Origin: Octopus bimaculoides
Taxonomy: Eukaryota
DNA: 37,501 nt
Assembly: GCF_001194135.2 (NCBI RefSeq)
Contig: NC_068985.1
Span: forward strand, 28,109,856-28,147,356
Direction of reading: 5' to 3'
Every line of letters starts with the position of its first letter. Position 1 is the first letter of the stretch. A program made the position numbers and the translations under genes. Of this stretch, positions 10,500-21,884 are shown piece after piece. Below the pieces are notes generated by a model that saw only the letters and a program-made list of their open reading frames with translations, did no database searches and was not told the DNA's origin.

Positions 10500-12190
10500 A
10501 AAATTAATAGAAATAAATGAACAACAGTGGTTCCCAAAAGAGGAGGTTTGCTGGGTTGGTCGTGGAAACCCACAAACCACTAAAACAACCTAATCGCTAG
10601 GGTTTGTGCTCAAGTCAGGCCCATTCATTCGAACAATTCTTGCAACATTTACCCATCTTTCCGCAAATATGTACGAGGACAGCATCTCCCTCTTCAGTCT
10701 CACTTTTCTTTTCAATTGGAACCTAAAATAGTTAGTAAGACCACTGCCGGAGAGGAAGGTGCCTGTTCTCAAACCTTTCACCCGCGTCAACTATACAACC
10801 TCTTTTGCAATAGCCACTAGACAGAGAGCAGATCTTTCCGGAACAGAACTGCAGTTCCACCCACCTCTCGACTGGTACGGAGATGCGTAGATCTCGTATC
10901 CAGCGAAGAGGGTGTAACCCTTCTGGCCCTCGCGAGCAAAAGACTTCTAGGTGGTCCTTCTGCCTGCAGAGATAATGCCTTGGTCCACGCCCCTCAAGCG
11001 ATACGTTCAGCTTTACAACTTCTGGCAGGTGTATAAGATTTCTAACCCTTTCAAGTGCTTTCTGGTCTGCCTGAATCAACAGCTCCAGTTTCTGCCTCCA
11101 TCCATTCTGCTGGTGTATTTTGTTTATTTGTAAAATTTTGATTTCTTTTTCGATGTCGAGTAACACGGCTGCTATTACCCAAGCGATGTAAAATTCCGGA
11201 GCACCTCCCCATATTATATGTTTGAAGCTCGCCGACTGAGGTGGGTCGGCAGGAGCGCTAATTCTTTTGCTTTTAGGGTCACTGTGCAGTGAAGCTTGAT
11301 TTCGTCTTCTGAGGGGAAACATACCTTCACAATGCCATGTCTTCTCCCCCTTGTCACGTACTTAATTTTGTTCCAAATTGTTTACTCTCTTTTACTCTTT
11401 TACTTGTTTCAGTCATTTGACTGCGGGCATGCTGGAGCACCGCCTTTAGTCGAGAAAATCGACCCCAGGACTTATTCTTTGTAAGCCTAGTACTTATTCT
11501 ATCGGTCTCTTTTTGCCGAACCACTAAGTTACGGGGACGTAAACACACCAGCATCGGTTGTCAAGCTATGTTGGGGAGACAAAGACAGACACACACCGAC
11601 ACACACATATATATATATATATATACATATATACGACGGGCTTCTTTCAGTTTCCGTCTACCAAATCCACTCACCAGGCTTTGGTCGCCCCGAGGCTAGA
11701 ACAGAAGACACTTGCCCAAGGTGCCACGCAGTGGGACTGAACCCGGAACCATGTGGTTGGTGAGCAAGCTACTTACCACACAGCCACTCTTGCGCCACTC
11801 CTGTTTATAGTTAGTTTTCAATCTTTGTTGCTTGTTCAATCTTTCTGTCTTTTAAAATTAGCGTTTGGTAGATGACAGTTCTACGCGAAATGAGTTGTGT
11901 GGTTTCACCAGGTGGGGTTTTCAATATGATATTTATTCCATCTCTTTTGATTAGACACTTCAATTTTTAAAAATCTTCCTTGTTTGCGTTGAGTGTTTTT
12001 TGGCAGAGTTTAGTGACAAAATCGAAACCGCGACGGTTGCATATGTTTTTCTCTATCTCGCTAATATCAGTTGATTTACTGGCTGTGGTGGCGTTAGAAT
12101 TTTTTCTTCGTACATTTCATCATATTTTTCAGTTTGGTATGTCTGTGTGTGTGGGTTGGTTTTGGGCGTTTCCTTCTCTAAGGCTGGAGG
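10500..12190 (-). mobile_element. Decayed L1/Tx1-type element, copy A: ORF1 N-terminus to knuckle, fused to the ORF2 C-terminus; interrupted by a SINE
   Basis: Reads ...RTVIYQTLILKDRKIEQAT..[SINE]..IWNKIKYVTRG/RRHGIVKVCFPSEDE...PEFYIAWVIAAVLL...EGRGPRHYLCRQKDHLEVFC, then LVAIAKEVV*LTRVKGLRTG...YFRFQLKRKVRL.REMLS..IFAERWVNVARIVRMNG. The latter has the AK..W..R and F.ERW motifs typical of Tx1 ORF2 ends. Confidence 0.75.
11385..11801 (-). mobile_element. Full-length SINE family A inserted in the Tx1-like ORF1, with 6-bp TSD
   Basis: TGTTTA at 11379-11384 and 11802-11807; removing the SINE rejoins the ORF1 frame. Confidence 0.9.
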
Positions 12191-12373
12191 CCATGTTTGA
12201 AAGAATAAACAAATGAGAGCCAAAACTCATATACACAATACACAACAGAGAATAGAAATATACCCCCAAAAGAGCGAATTTCTATATTCAAGGAAACCTC
12301 TCCTGTCAAGGAGATTCAGTTATAAGGACTTTATATGCCACATACGTCATCTAACAACAGGAGTGTCCATGAT

Positions 12374-12406
<33 letters not shown>

Positions 12407-13075
12407 NNNNNNNNNNNNNNNNNNNNNNNNNNNNNNNNNNNNNNNNNNNNNNNNNNNNNNNNNNNNNNNNNNNNNNNNNNNNNNNNNNNNNNNNNNNNNN
12501 NNNNNNNNNNNNNNNNNNNNNNNNNNNNNNNNNNNNNNNNNNNNNNNNNNNNNNNNNNNNNNNNNNNNNNNNNNNNNNNNNNNNNNNNNNNNNNNNNNNN
12601 NNNNNNNNNNNNNNNNNNNNNNNNNNNNNNNNNNNNNNNNNNNNNNNNNNNNNNNNNNNNNNNNNNNNNNNNNNNNNNNNNNNNNNNNNNNNNNNNNNNN
12701 NNNNNNNNNNNNNNNNNNNNNNNNNNNNNNNNNNNNNNNNNNNNNNNNNNNNNNNNNNNNNNNNNNNNNNNNNNNNNNNNNNNNNNNNNNNNNNNNNNNN
12801 NNNNNNNNNNNNNNNNNNNNNNNNNNNNNNNNNNNNNNNNNNNNNNNNNNNNNNNNNNNNNNNNNNNNNNNNNNNNNNNNNNNNNNNNNNNNNNNNNNNN
12901 NNNNNNNNNNNNNNNNNNNNNNNNNNNNNNNNNNNNNNNNNNNNNNNNNNNNNNNNNNNNNNNNNNNNNNNNNNNNNNNNNNNNNNNNNNNNNNNNNNNN
13001 NNNNNNNNNNNNNNNNNNNNNNNNNNNNNNNNNTATGCATGTATGTATGTATGTAAATATATTAAGCCCCACTCA

Positions 13076-13155
13076 TCTAAAAGTAGAACGTAAAGACGAA
13101 ATACCGCTAAGCATTTCGCCCGGCGTGCTAACGTTTCTGCCAGCTCGCCGCCTTA
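13076..13155 (-). mobile_element. SINE family B head fragment
   Basis: GAAATACCGCTAAGCATTTCGCCCGGCGTGCTAACGTTTCTGCCAGCTCGCCGCCTT is identical to about 30986-31042. Confidence 0.9.
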
Positions 13156-13575
13156 AAGTTGCTATAACATTAAGGAAAAGGATAGGTTTGTTTGTCTGGA
13201 GAGAAGTGGATAGTCGTGGGTACATGTATCTGCCGTGAGAGACATCATTGCCAGAGGTAAATTCAATAAAACAAGGATTCGTGTTGTATGGTATTTGCTA
13301 TAACTGTATTTGTCTATGCTGTTCATATACATGCCACTGACCACTCTGGTTAGCTCAGTTTTGCTTTATTTATACAAATTACCTATGCTATAAATACGTG
13401 CTACTCATTTTGTGTTACATCTGTCTCGCAGCTGGAAATATATTAAGGCAATTGTCCTGTGGATAACGCCTATTGTGTTAAAAGCACGTGTCCATAACTG
13501 CTCTTTTATCTGTTGATAATAGACCTGAATACTTGTTTACAGCTCTATTATTTTAGTATTGGTTATTTTAAAATA

Positions 13576-13795
13576 AGGCGGCAAGCTGGTAGAGTCATTA
13601 GAACGCCGGACAATATGTTTAGCGACATTTTATCCGGTTTGAAGTCCTGATTTCAAATACCATCGAGGTCGACTTTGATTTTCATCCTTTCGGATTCGAA
13701 AAAATAAGTTACCATTTAAGAATTCGGGGCCATGTTATTGACTTGTTCCCTCCCTTAAATTTTCATGTCTTCTTCGTATAGTAGAGATAATTATT
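13576..13795 (+). mobile_element. Diverged SINE family B, tail type 2-like
   Basis: AAGGCGGCAAGCTGG head and GAGGTCGACTTTG.TTTTCATCCTTTCGG core. Confidence 0.75.
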
Positions 13796-16079
13796 GTAGA
13801 GAAACAGCCACCGGAGAGTAATAACGAGGAGAGACGGAAAGACCGAACGAAATGCAATTTTACAGAAGAGAAGAATTTCTCTCATCAGCAGCCAAGCAAA
13901 TGTCAATGCGATTTCGACAACAAAGCCCGAATCCATACTCCCACTGGTATCAGAAATCCTCAGAACAAAATGTGAATATGTAAACCAAATATCTGTAACC
14001 TGTTCCGAAATCATAAACAAATATATTCCAAACATCAATATATACAACAAAAACTATAACATACAAATAATCACAATTCAGCTTAAAATTTCCTACATGC
14101 AAATGTACAAGATACAAAAAAAAAATATTTGACCAATTCACATACCATACATAGCCGCGTATACGACAAACATAATATTTCCAAATAAAAATTAATAATA
14201 ATCAGCTAATATATACTTCGAAATAAATCATTTATCAGATACTGGATTCTCAGATAAATTCGTTCGTTTGTTTTTTCTAATTTATTTTCATCTTTCCCAG
14301 TGTTATTTGAATTAACGTGAACAATACTTTTGTCGTACTGCTTTTTGCCTTGATTTATATCTCTGCACTTCCTCTACAACTTTTTTGTTATTTTTTAAAA
14401 ATTTAAATGAACTTTTTCTCTTTTCAGACATGTCAAAGATGCGCAAGGGAGAAAAAAAAGGAACGACTCTATATGACACCCTAACATATATTACAATAAA
14501 AAACCTACAGTGGTTCACAGCAAAACATGCGCGTCAGATTAGACTGTTATCTATGTTTCCGGATATATATATATATATATATANNNNNNNNNNNNNNNNN
14601 NNNNNNNNNNNNNNNNNNNNNNNNNNNNNNNNNNNNNNNNNNNNNNNNNNNNNNNNNNNNNNNNNNNNNNNNNNNNNNNNNNNNNNNNNNNNNNNNNNNN
14701 NNNNNNNNNNNNNNNNNNNNNNNNNNNNNNNNNNNNNNNNNNNNNNNNNNNNNNNNNNNNNNNNNNNNNNNNNNNNNNNNNNNNNNNNNNNNNNNNNNNN
14801 NNNNNNNNNNNNNNNNNNNNNNNNNNNNNNNNNNNNNNNNNNNNNNNNNNNNNNNNNNNNNNNNNNNNNNNNNNNNNNNNNNNNNNNNNNNNNNNNNNNN
14901 NNNNNNNNNNNNNNNNNNNNNNNNNNNNNNNNNNNNNNNNNNNNNNNNNNNNNNNNNNNNNNNNNNNNNNNNNNNNNNNNNNNNNNNNNNNNNNNNNNNN
15001 NNNNNNNNNNNNNNNNNNNNNNNNNNNNNNNNNNNNNNNNNNNNNNNNNNNNNNNNNNNNNNNNNNNNNNNNNNNNNNNNNNNNNNNNNNNNNNNNNNNN
15101 NNNNNNNNNNNNNNNNNNNNNNNNNNNNNNNNNNNNNNNNNNNNNNNNNNNNNNNNNNNNNNNNNNNNNNNNNNNNNNNNNNNNNNNNNNNNNNNNNNNN
15201 NNNNNNNNNNNNNNNNNNNNNNNNNNNNNNNNNNNNNNNNNNNNNNNNNNNNNNNNNNNNNNNNNNNNNNNNNNNNNNNNNNNNNNNNNNNNNNNNNNNN
15301 NNNNNNNNNNNNNNNNNNNNNNNNNNNNNNNNNNNNNNNNNNNNNNNNNNNNNNNNNNNNNNNNNNNNNNNNNNNNNNNNNNNNNNNNNNNNNNNNNNNN
15401 NNNNNNNNNNNNNNNNNNNNNNNNNNNNNNNNNNNNNNNNNNNNNNNNNNNNNNNNNNNNNNNNNNNNNNNNNNNNNNNNNNNNNNNNNNNNNNNNNNNN
15501 NNNNNNNNNNNNNNNNNNNNNNNNNNNNNNNNNNNNNNNNNNNNNNNNNNNNNNNNNNNNNNNNNNNNNNNNNNNTATATATATATCATACAATAATATG
15601 GTTAATAATCCAGGGGACAATGATGGATTATTGCACTCTACACTGCCTTCATGTGTTGACGATTCAGCGCTAAGGAATCTTACTGTAGGAGGAAATGTGG
15701 ATCCTATTAAATATGCAGGGAATGTTGGGACCCCCAAATTTAGTTGTCATTTCTGAACCCCAAAATTATCTCCCCTTAAGTGGTTTTGCTTAAGAAGAAA
15801 TGTAGTCTACAAATGTATTCTTAAAGGGGAGAATAATTTGGGTAGGGAATATATTAGGAGCACTATTGATTTTAAAAGAAGATATAGGGCCCACATGAGC
15901 TGACTTTCGAATGGCAAATATTCCAGTTCTACCACGTTGACATCCTATATTCATGACTTGAAGAGGAAGAGAATGATCTTTACTATTGAATGGTCAGTTA
16001 CTTGTAATAAGTGCTTGTATTAGCGATGAAACGAGGGTATGAGATGTATTGTTTTTTAAAGTTATCTTCCTTTACCCCT

Positions 16080-16660
16080 CCTCTTTTCTCTTTATTCAAT
16101 CTTGCATATTTATTTATCTTCCTGGTTATTTTTGTACGCTATATTCTTATACACTGTATTCTTATACACCTTATTCTTTCCTTAACGCCAATCCTTAATT
16201 TCCTCCTTCACACTCTCTATTTCTCTTTCCATTTATTTCTTTTTCTTTCTTTTTACCATTTAATAGCCACCTCCACTACCATTCTGTTGCTGAACGTTGA
16301 TACATTCGCGTCTATTTCTGGATATTTACACTATTAGGAGTTTAACCTACATGGTTTTACATAGGATTGCACCTCTAAGGACTTACGGACTTACTTCTAC
16401 ATGATCGGAAAGTTGAACTGTGAACATTATGCTTCTGTTTTCTTCTCTTCCTTCATCTCCCTATTCCTTTTCTCTAGTCCTCTGTCATTAAACTATACCT
16501 TCTCATTTTCCCTATTGTCTCTGATGACGGAATATTCCATACTCTGGGATATCCCGGAAACAGCTGTAAGACTTTGAATTTTTCCAATAGTAATAACGTA
16601 TATGACTTGAGATGTTTGTGTTGCCTTAGCTTTTATAGTCCTCTTTAACAATTATATATC
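16080..16660 (+). mobile_element. Possible Penelope-like element terminal repeat or non-autonomous derivative; boundaries approximate
   Basis: Pyrimidine-rich stretch carrying a minimal hammerhead motif near its 3' end, an arrangement known from Penelope-like pLTRs. No RT or GIY-YIG coding sequence is seen. Confidence 0.45.
16517..16572 (+). ncRNA. Type I minimal hammerhead ribozyme motif
   Basis: GTCT-CTGATGA-[stem II CGGAATATTCC/GGGATATCCCG]-GAAA-CAGCTG-TA^-AGAC. Stem I is GTCT/AGAC, stem III is the palindrome ACAGCTGT, and the cleavage triplet is GUA. Confidence 0.8.
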
Positions 16661-16778
16661 CACTATATCGGAAATCTACAATGGCTCCATAACTACTGTC
16701 TCGGCTATAACCTTGGAGCTCTGGTAATCCGTTACAGCATTTATCATTGGAATTTCAACATCAACAACAAGGTATTTT

Positions 16779-16788
16779 TGTATGTATG

Positions 16789-16822
<34 letters not shown>

Positions 16823-16845
16823 TGTATGTATGTATGTATGTATGT
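16779..16845. repeat. (TATG)n microsatellite at the 3' end of the RLE LINE
   Basis: Tandem TATG. Confidence 0.97.
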
Positions 16846-17278
16846 GCAGGTTTATATGTTCTATGTATGTATTCTCATGCGTAGAGTTACATATCAAGAC
16901 ATGCTCATATATATTTAAATGATAAACTTCTAGAAAGTTCTACAGATTCTACAGTTCGTGTGGTGGATTGGATCTGTGGCCTTCGAATTAGCTTTCTCCT
17001 TTCTGGCTTCGAGAAGCCTAATTTCTCAAGATTGGTATTTAGGCAGTGTGTTACATATCCCTGGGTCCAAATAATTATAGGTATAAACCTGAACTTGTAA
17101 TATGGATAGAGTAATTGTAGATTTCTCAATAGTTCAGCATAGGTGTTCTGTTTTTCACTGATCTTCAGCTTTATGTTAACATCCGCTGGGCAATTAATTT
17201 CCACAGCTGTGCAGTTTCTCTTCAGTTGTGCTTACATTTTATTAAGGTCTTCACTGGTACATTCCACCAGTATTCCTT
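16846..17278 (-). mobile_element. 5'-truncated RLE-type non-LTR retrotransposon (R4/Dong-like), C-terminal endonuclease region
   Basis: EYWWNVPVKT..KCKHN/..CTAVEINCPADVNIKLKISEKQNTYAELLRNLQLLYPYYKFRFIPIII fits the PD-(D/E)xK RLE C-terminus; the PD segment appears deleted. Confidence 0.8.
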
Positions 17279-17340
17279 TTATGTATGTATGTATGTATGT
17301 ATGTATGTATGTATGTATGTATGTATGTATGTATGTATGT
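17279..17340. repeat. (TATG)n microsatellite at the 5' truncation point of the RLE LINE
   Basis: Tandem TATG, same unit and strand as 16779-16845. Confidence 0.97.
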
Positions 17341-17838
17341 GTTTGTGTTTTAATATATAAACGTGTGTACATATATATGCTTTAACTGAGAGAATAATAT
17401 ATACTGAATAGATACAGTACCTACTGTACACATACATTTCAAGCTCACACCCAACTATCAATCAATCAATCTATCTATCTATCTATATATATATATATAT
17501 ATATATGCGAGTAAAAATAAATACAAAAAAGGTGGATTTTTTGTATGATTGTGTATAGAGGAATATATTATTTTGTTTAAAAGAGTTCCAACACTGTCTG
17601 TTTTTTATGTTTTATTTATATTCCTGCAGAAACAATGTGGGGTATAGAATATGGAATATACAATATATAATATAAAATAAAATAAAATAAAAATGGATGG
17701 CACCATGAAATAAAGTATTGAATGTAGATGAAATATTGAGTGTTCAATATAAAGGATCAAATATATAAATATATAAAGGCGACTCGAGTTTCAGGGCTAT
17801 TTCCCTTCGTCATGGCCGGTATGACAGTCATACTCTGT

Positions 17839-17887
<49 letters not shown>

Positions 17888-18046
17888 CGCGTGTGTGCGT
17901 GCGTTTGAGCTGTGGAAGAATATGTATGTGTAAAAGTCATAATGGAAGAGAGATATGTATATGTGTATATAAGAGTGCGTGTGCCTGCTTCTATGATTAC
18001 ATAGGCGTGAATAGGTATTTACTTCAAATCATTCAATGCTATATAC

Positions 18047-18103
<57 letters not shown>

Positions 18104-18556
18104 GACAGATGGCTACTGCACACATGACCATAATAAATAAATCAATAGAAAATATTTTAAATTCTCGTTGCTAATTACTTTGTTAAAATACCGAATTCGT
18201 AATTAGTGTTAGTAAATTACTAGCACTAAACTACCGGACAAATTACTGTAAATTGCTAGATGCCTAATTAGTAAAATTACCCTGATTCATGGTTAATACC
18301 ATATCAACACACCTAATTGAGCACACGGTTAAGTGATTTAAGTTTTGTGCTTTGAAACCCCAAATCGTCTTAATAGTGAAGACTCAAGCTGCCGAATTTC
18401 TGATATAAACCAGATTATTTCTATAATAAAGTTGCAGTTTACTGAGTCAGAGTTGCTGTTGTTTTGTTTCTATTGTTGTAGTGTAGCCTAGGTCAGCCGT
18501 CTTGGAAGAATGAATGAATGAATCATACTCTAGTTGTGGACGAAGATTGAATCTTA

Positions 18557-18760
18557 CGTCCATTCTGGCTGGACGTGATTGGAGGAGATCTCCAGAGGCT
18601 CGACTTCACCTTAGAGTATGCAGAGGGGTTGGCATGGGACCGTCAGTGATGGAGAGCACTGAAGACCCTGATCAGTTCTACGCATGAGGAAGCCTCTGGA
18701 ATTGCTTTCTTGGAATGACCCCTGCTCCACCAAGCAAGAGTATGAAACCAAGTGGAGCCA
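18557..18760 (+). mobile_element. RTE-clade LINE 3' fragment
   Basis: RPFWLDVIGGDLQRLDFTLEYAEGLAWDRQ*WRALKTLISST matches the RTE ORF2 C-terminal pattern (W.D.I..DL......A..LA.DR..WR). Confidence 0.75.
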
Positions 18761-19080
18761 AGGAGTACATTGCTTGATGCATACTTTCGTTCTTTTTGTG
18801 AATAGGTAGCTGGAAAGAGACTCTGTTGTCACTCATCAATGTCGCTGTTACTGATGTTCGTCGTGACGTAAAATAGAGAATGAGTAACCGCTAGGTTGTG
18901 GATTTGTGTTGTTTTAGCTCAAACTTACATTATGCCCGTTCCATGAATTGTAATTCTGAAATGATTCTGCCGACTCAGCTGTAAATACTTTTCGATAAAA
19001 TTTGGGCGGAGCTATTCACCCCTACAAGTAATGTTATGATAGATTTTTAGGATTTTACAAGTGTTTCTTTGTTGCTACAG

Positions 19081-19132
19081 AACTGAGTTCTGCAGTTTCT
19101 TCAGGCGTAAAAGTTTACCTGCTAATAGACAG
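19081..19132 (+). CDS. Candidate internal exon, 52 nt, product unknown
   Basis: Acceptor GTGTTTCTTTGTTGCTACAG, donor AG|GTATAC. Two open phases: ELSSAVSSGVKVYLLID or TEFCSFFRRKSLPANRQ. Confidence 0.25.
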
Positions 19133-20463
19133 GTATACTGTTTAGAAGTTGGAGGATTGTTATTCATCATCTAGTTAAAGTCACAAATCTAGAGTTAAAT
19201 CCATTCATGTTGTCATGTACTAAATATATAAACACAGCGGCAGCAAATGAGTCAATGCATTCGATAGTGATATGAAATAGCGGCCATTTTAAATATTATG
19301 TGAAGGTATGTATGTTCCAATTTGACTGGCCAATGTTTTTCATCTAAATAACTAAAAGTTTGCTTAAAGGCACGTCTTATCATGGAAGAGGTCTTAAGTT
19401 ATGTGAATTCATATATATTTTCTATTTATTCTTCTATTTTTATTTTCATTTTATAAAGCTCAGTTTCAACCACCTCCCGAGTTATTCATACGCAACATTT
19501 CTAATGAGGATTGGTAGCATTGGAAAACCATATGATTGTAGGTGTTAATAAATCCAGTTACTACTGATAATATTAATTATAGGGAATACTATTAAAATAT
19601 TGAACAGTTTAAATAGTTAACTCCCCCATCGTAAAGATGTTTTGTAGTTCGATGATATTATCATTTCGTAGACAAAGGCCTGAGAATATTTAATGTGATG
19701 AATGCTTGATATATTTGCCTGCTACGTTTAATAAACTGGACAGGAATTTATTTTTAAATATGCTCGTCACGAGACAAGGGACAATAGCCATAATCTTCAC
19801 TGGCTTTCCAAGTAATGGTATTGATGTAATCAATTCCTCCCCGGAATTTCTACAGATAAACGTTTGCAAAAAAACAAATCTTCTTAGCGAGGGAACTGGG
19901 AAGTCTTTCCTGAATTGATATAATATAGTGAACTCCGTTTTACGTCTTCTGGTATCCATGTTATTGCAGTTTGCGCACGTCGAGTGGCGGCGAGTAGTGA
20001 CTTGTAGCGGCCAGGTGACACTGATGCGATGTCACAACTTGGCTGATATTTGGTTTTTATGAAGATTTCTTCTTTTGCAATTATATCTAGTCGGGTTACA
20101 TTGATAATCATCTGCAGGTTTCGTTGGTGAGATGTCTCCAGATTATTGGTGATGTTATTTGATATATTTCACACGTAACTGCTGAACAGAATCGTTGGTA
20201 GAACTACGCTCTTCAACAGAAAGAATACGGAGAAAACAAGGAGAAAAACACGGAGAAAAAAAATTGAATGGTGTTTGGTCATATATATATATATAAGTTA
20301 TAAATAATAGTCATTACATAATTTTTCTTTATTAAAGCAAATATGGCTTACAGTTGTTTCCAGTAGTCATTATAGGTACGTTACTGATAGGTTTACTCAA
20401 TTGGTCTATTGGTCAGTTGAGAAAAATTGAACGACCTACAAAAATTAACTCTGCTTTCGTCAG

Positions 20464-20504
20464 AGCCATTTCTGGTTATAATGAAGCAGAACACTGACGG
20501 AATG
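20464..20504 (+). CDS. Candidate exon, 41 nt, ending in ATG
   Basis: Acceptor CTCTGCTTTCGTCAG, consensus donor ATG|GTGAGT; open phase PFLVIMKQNTDGM. Confidence 0.3.
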
Positions 20505-21009
20505 GTGAGTGCATATATACGCATGTATGCATAAAATACCATAACATGTAAATTTAACTCACTCATACTGTTAATTTTAATTTTAATGAAACTGCAAGAA
20601 ACGTATAATTAAAATAAAACTATGAATAATGCAAGAATCAATGTCGAAAAGAGGAGGGTAATTATTTTCTTTAAAGCATATGAAATATGATTAAATACTA
20701 AACTGGCCGAGAGATTATGAACTTCTCATTGCCAATGTTGATGATATTACCATGTTTTGGTGGCTTGGAGACATTAATCAAATGTTGGGAATATGCGGTA
20801 TATTACGGTATTTAGTTACATCCTTTGTACGTTGTGGATCTCAAATGCTGCTGAAGTAAGTTCACTCTTTTATCATTCTAGGGAGATAAACATCTGTGTC
20901 TACGTTTCATTTGGCTTTATCACCGATTAAATACCTTAAAAACTGTTCATGCTGAAAGCTAAAATTACTTGTGTGAATAATAATATTCGTGTGTATATGA
21001 GTTCGTGTA

Positions 21010-21415
21010 TGAGTTTTCTCCCCCCGCCCCTAATATCGCTTGACAACCGATGCTGGTGTGTTTACGTCCCCGTAACTTAGCGGTTCGGCAAAAGAGACCA
21101 ATAGAATAAGTACTAGGCTTACAAAGAATAAGTCCTGGGGTCGATTTCTTCGACTAAAGGCGGTGCTCCAGCATGACCTCAGTCAAATGACTGAAACATC
21201 AAAAAGAGTATGTCAAAAGCAGCGAGCTGGCAGAAACGTTAGCATGCTGGGCGAAATGCTTAGCGGTATTTCGTCTTTTATGTTCAAATTTCGCAGAGGT
21301 CGACTTTGTCTTTCATCCTTTCGGGGCTATAAATTAAGTATAGTTGCTGGGGTCGATCTAAGCGTCTGGCCCCTTCACTCAAAATTTCGGACGTTGTGCC
21401 AAGAGTAGACAAGAA
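21010..21415 (+). mobile_element. 3' half of SINE family A (about 21010-21210) followed directly by SINE family B (about 21219-21415)
   Basis: Direct similarity to 3480-3672 and 7108-7548. Confidence 0.85.
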
Positions 21416-21448
21416 TAATATTCGTATGTCAAATATGATTCCAAAAAT

Positions 21449-21576
21449 TCACAGAAGAAGAGTGAATGAAATGGTCAAAAAGATAGTCAACAAAATGCTT
21501 GACCCCCTAAATTTTGCATCATCTCTTTTGTCAGTCCAGACTTCTGCTTCAGATAATGTATTCTGCTTCTTGTTGA
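21449..21576 (-). CDS. Candidate terminal coding exon with GPI-signal-like hydrophobic C-terminus
   Basis: Acceptor TTCCGCTTTGTCAG; phase 1; (V)NKKQNTLSEAEVWTDKRDDAKFRGSSILLTIFLTISFTLLL*. Confidence 0.5.
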
Positions 21577-21884
21577 CTGACAAAGCGGAATTGTGAAGTG
21601 GTTAAAACATTAGACTATCAAATGAGATTGTTTAAGTTTCGTTACAGAATATTTCGTGACGATACTGAATAATAAATGTAATTCATCCTTCCACAAACTG
21701 TTGCAAGACAAACACCAAATCTAAAGAGATTTAGAAATATAAAGGGCCGGCGATTTATACCTAGGGATATTTGTTTTTCATATACTAAATGTCATAGAAC
21801 GTCCCGAATAACTCACTCTATGTGTTCAGTGTGTAAACAATGAGCCACTACATGAGCCAATGAGCGACACACTTAAAAAAAAAT

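Noticed and set aside
9723-10593. Plus-strand Val-rich, membrane-like ORFs
   Set aside because: Antisense shadow of the Thr-rich retroelement ORF1
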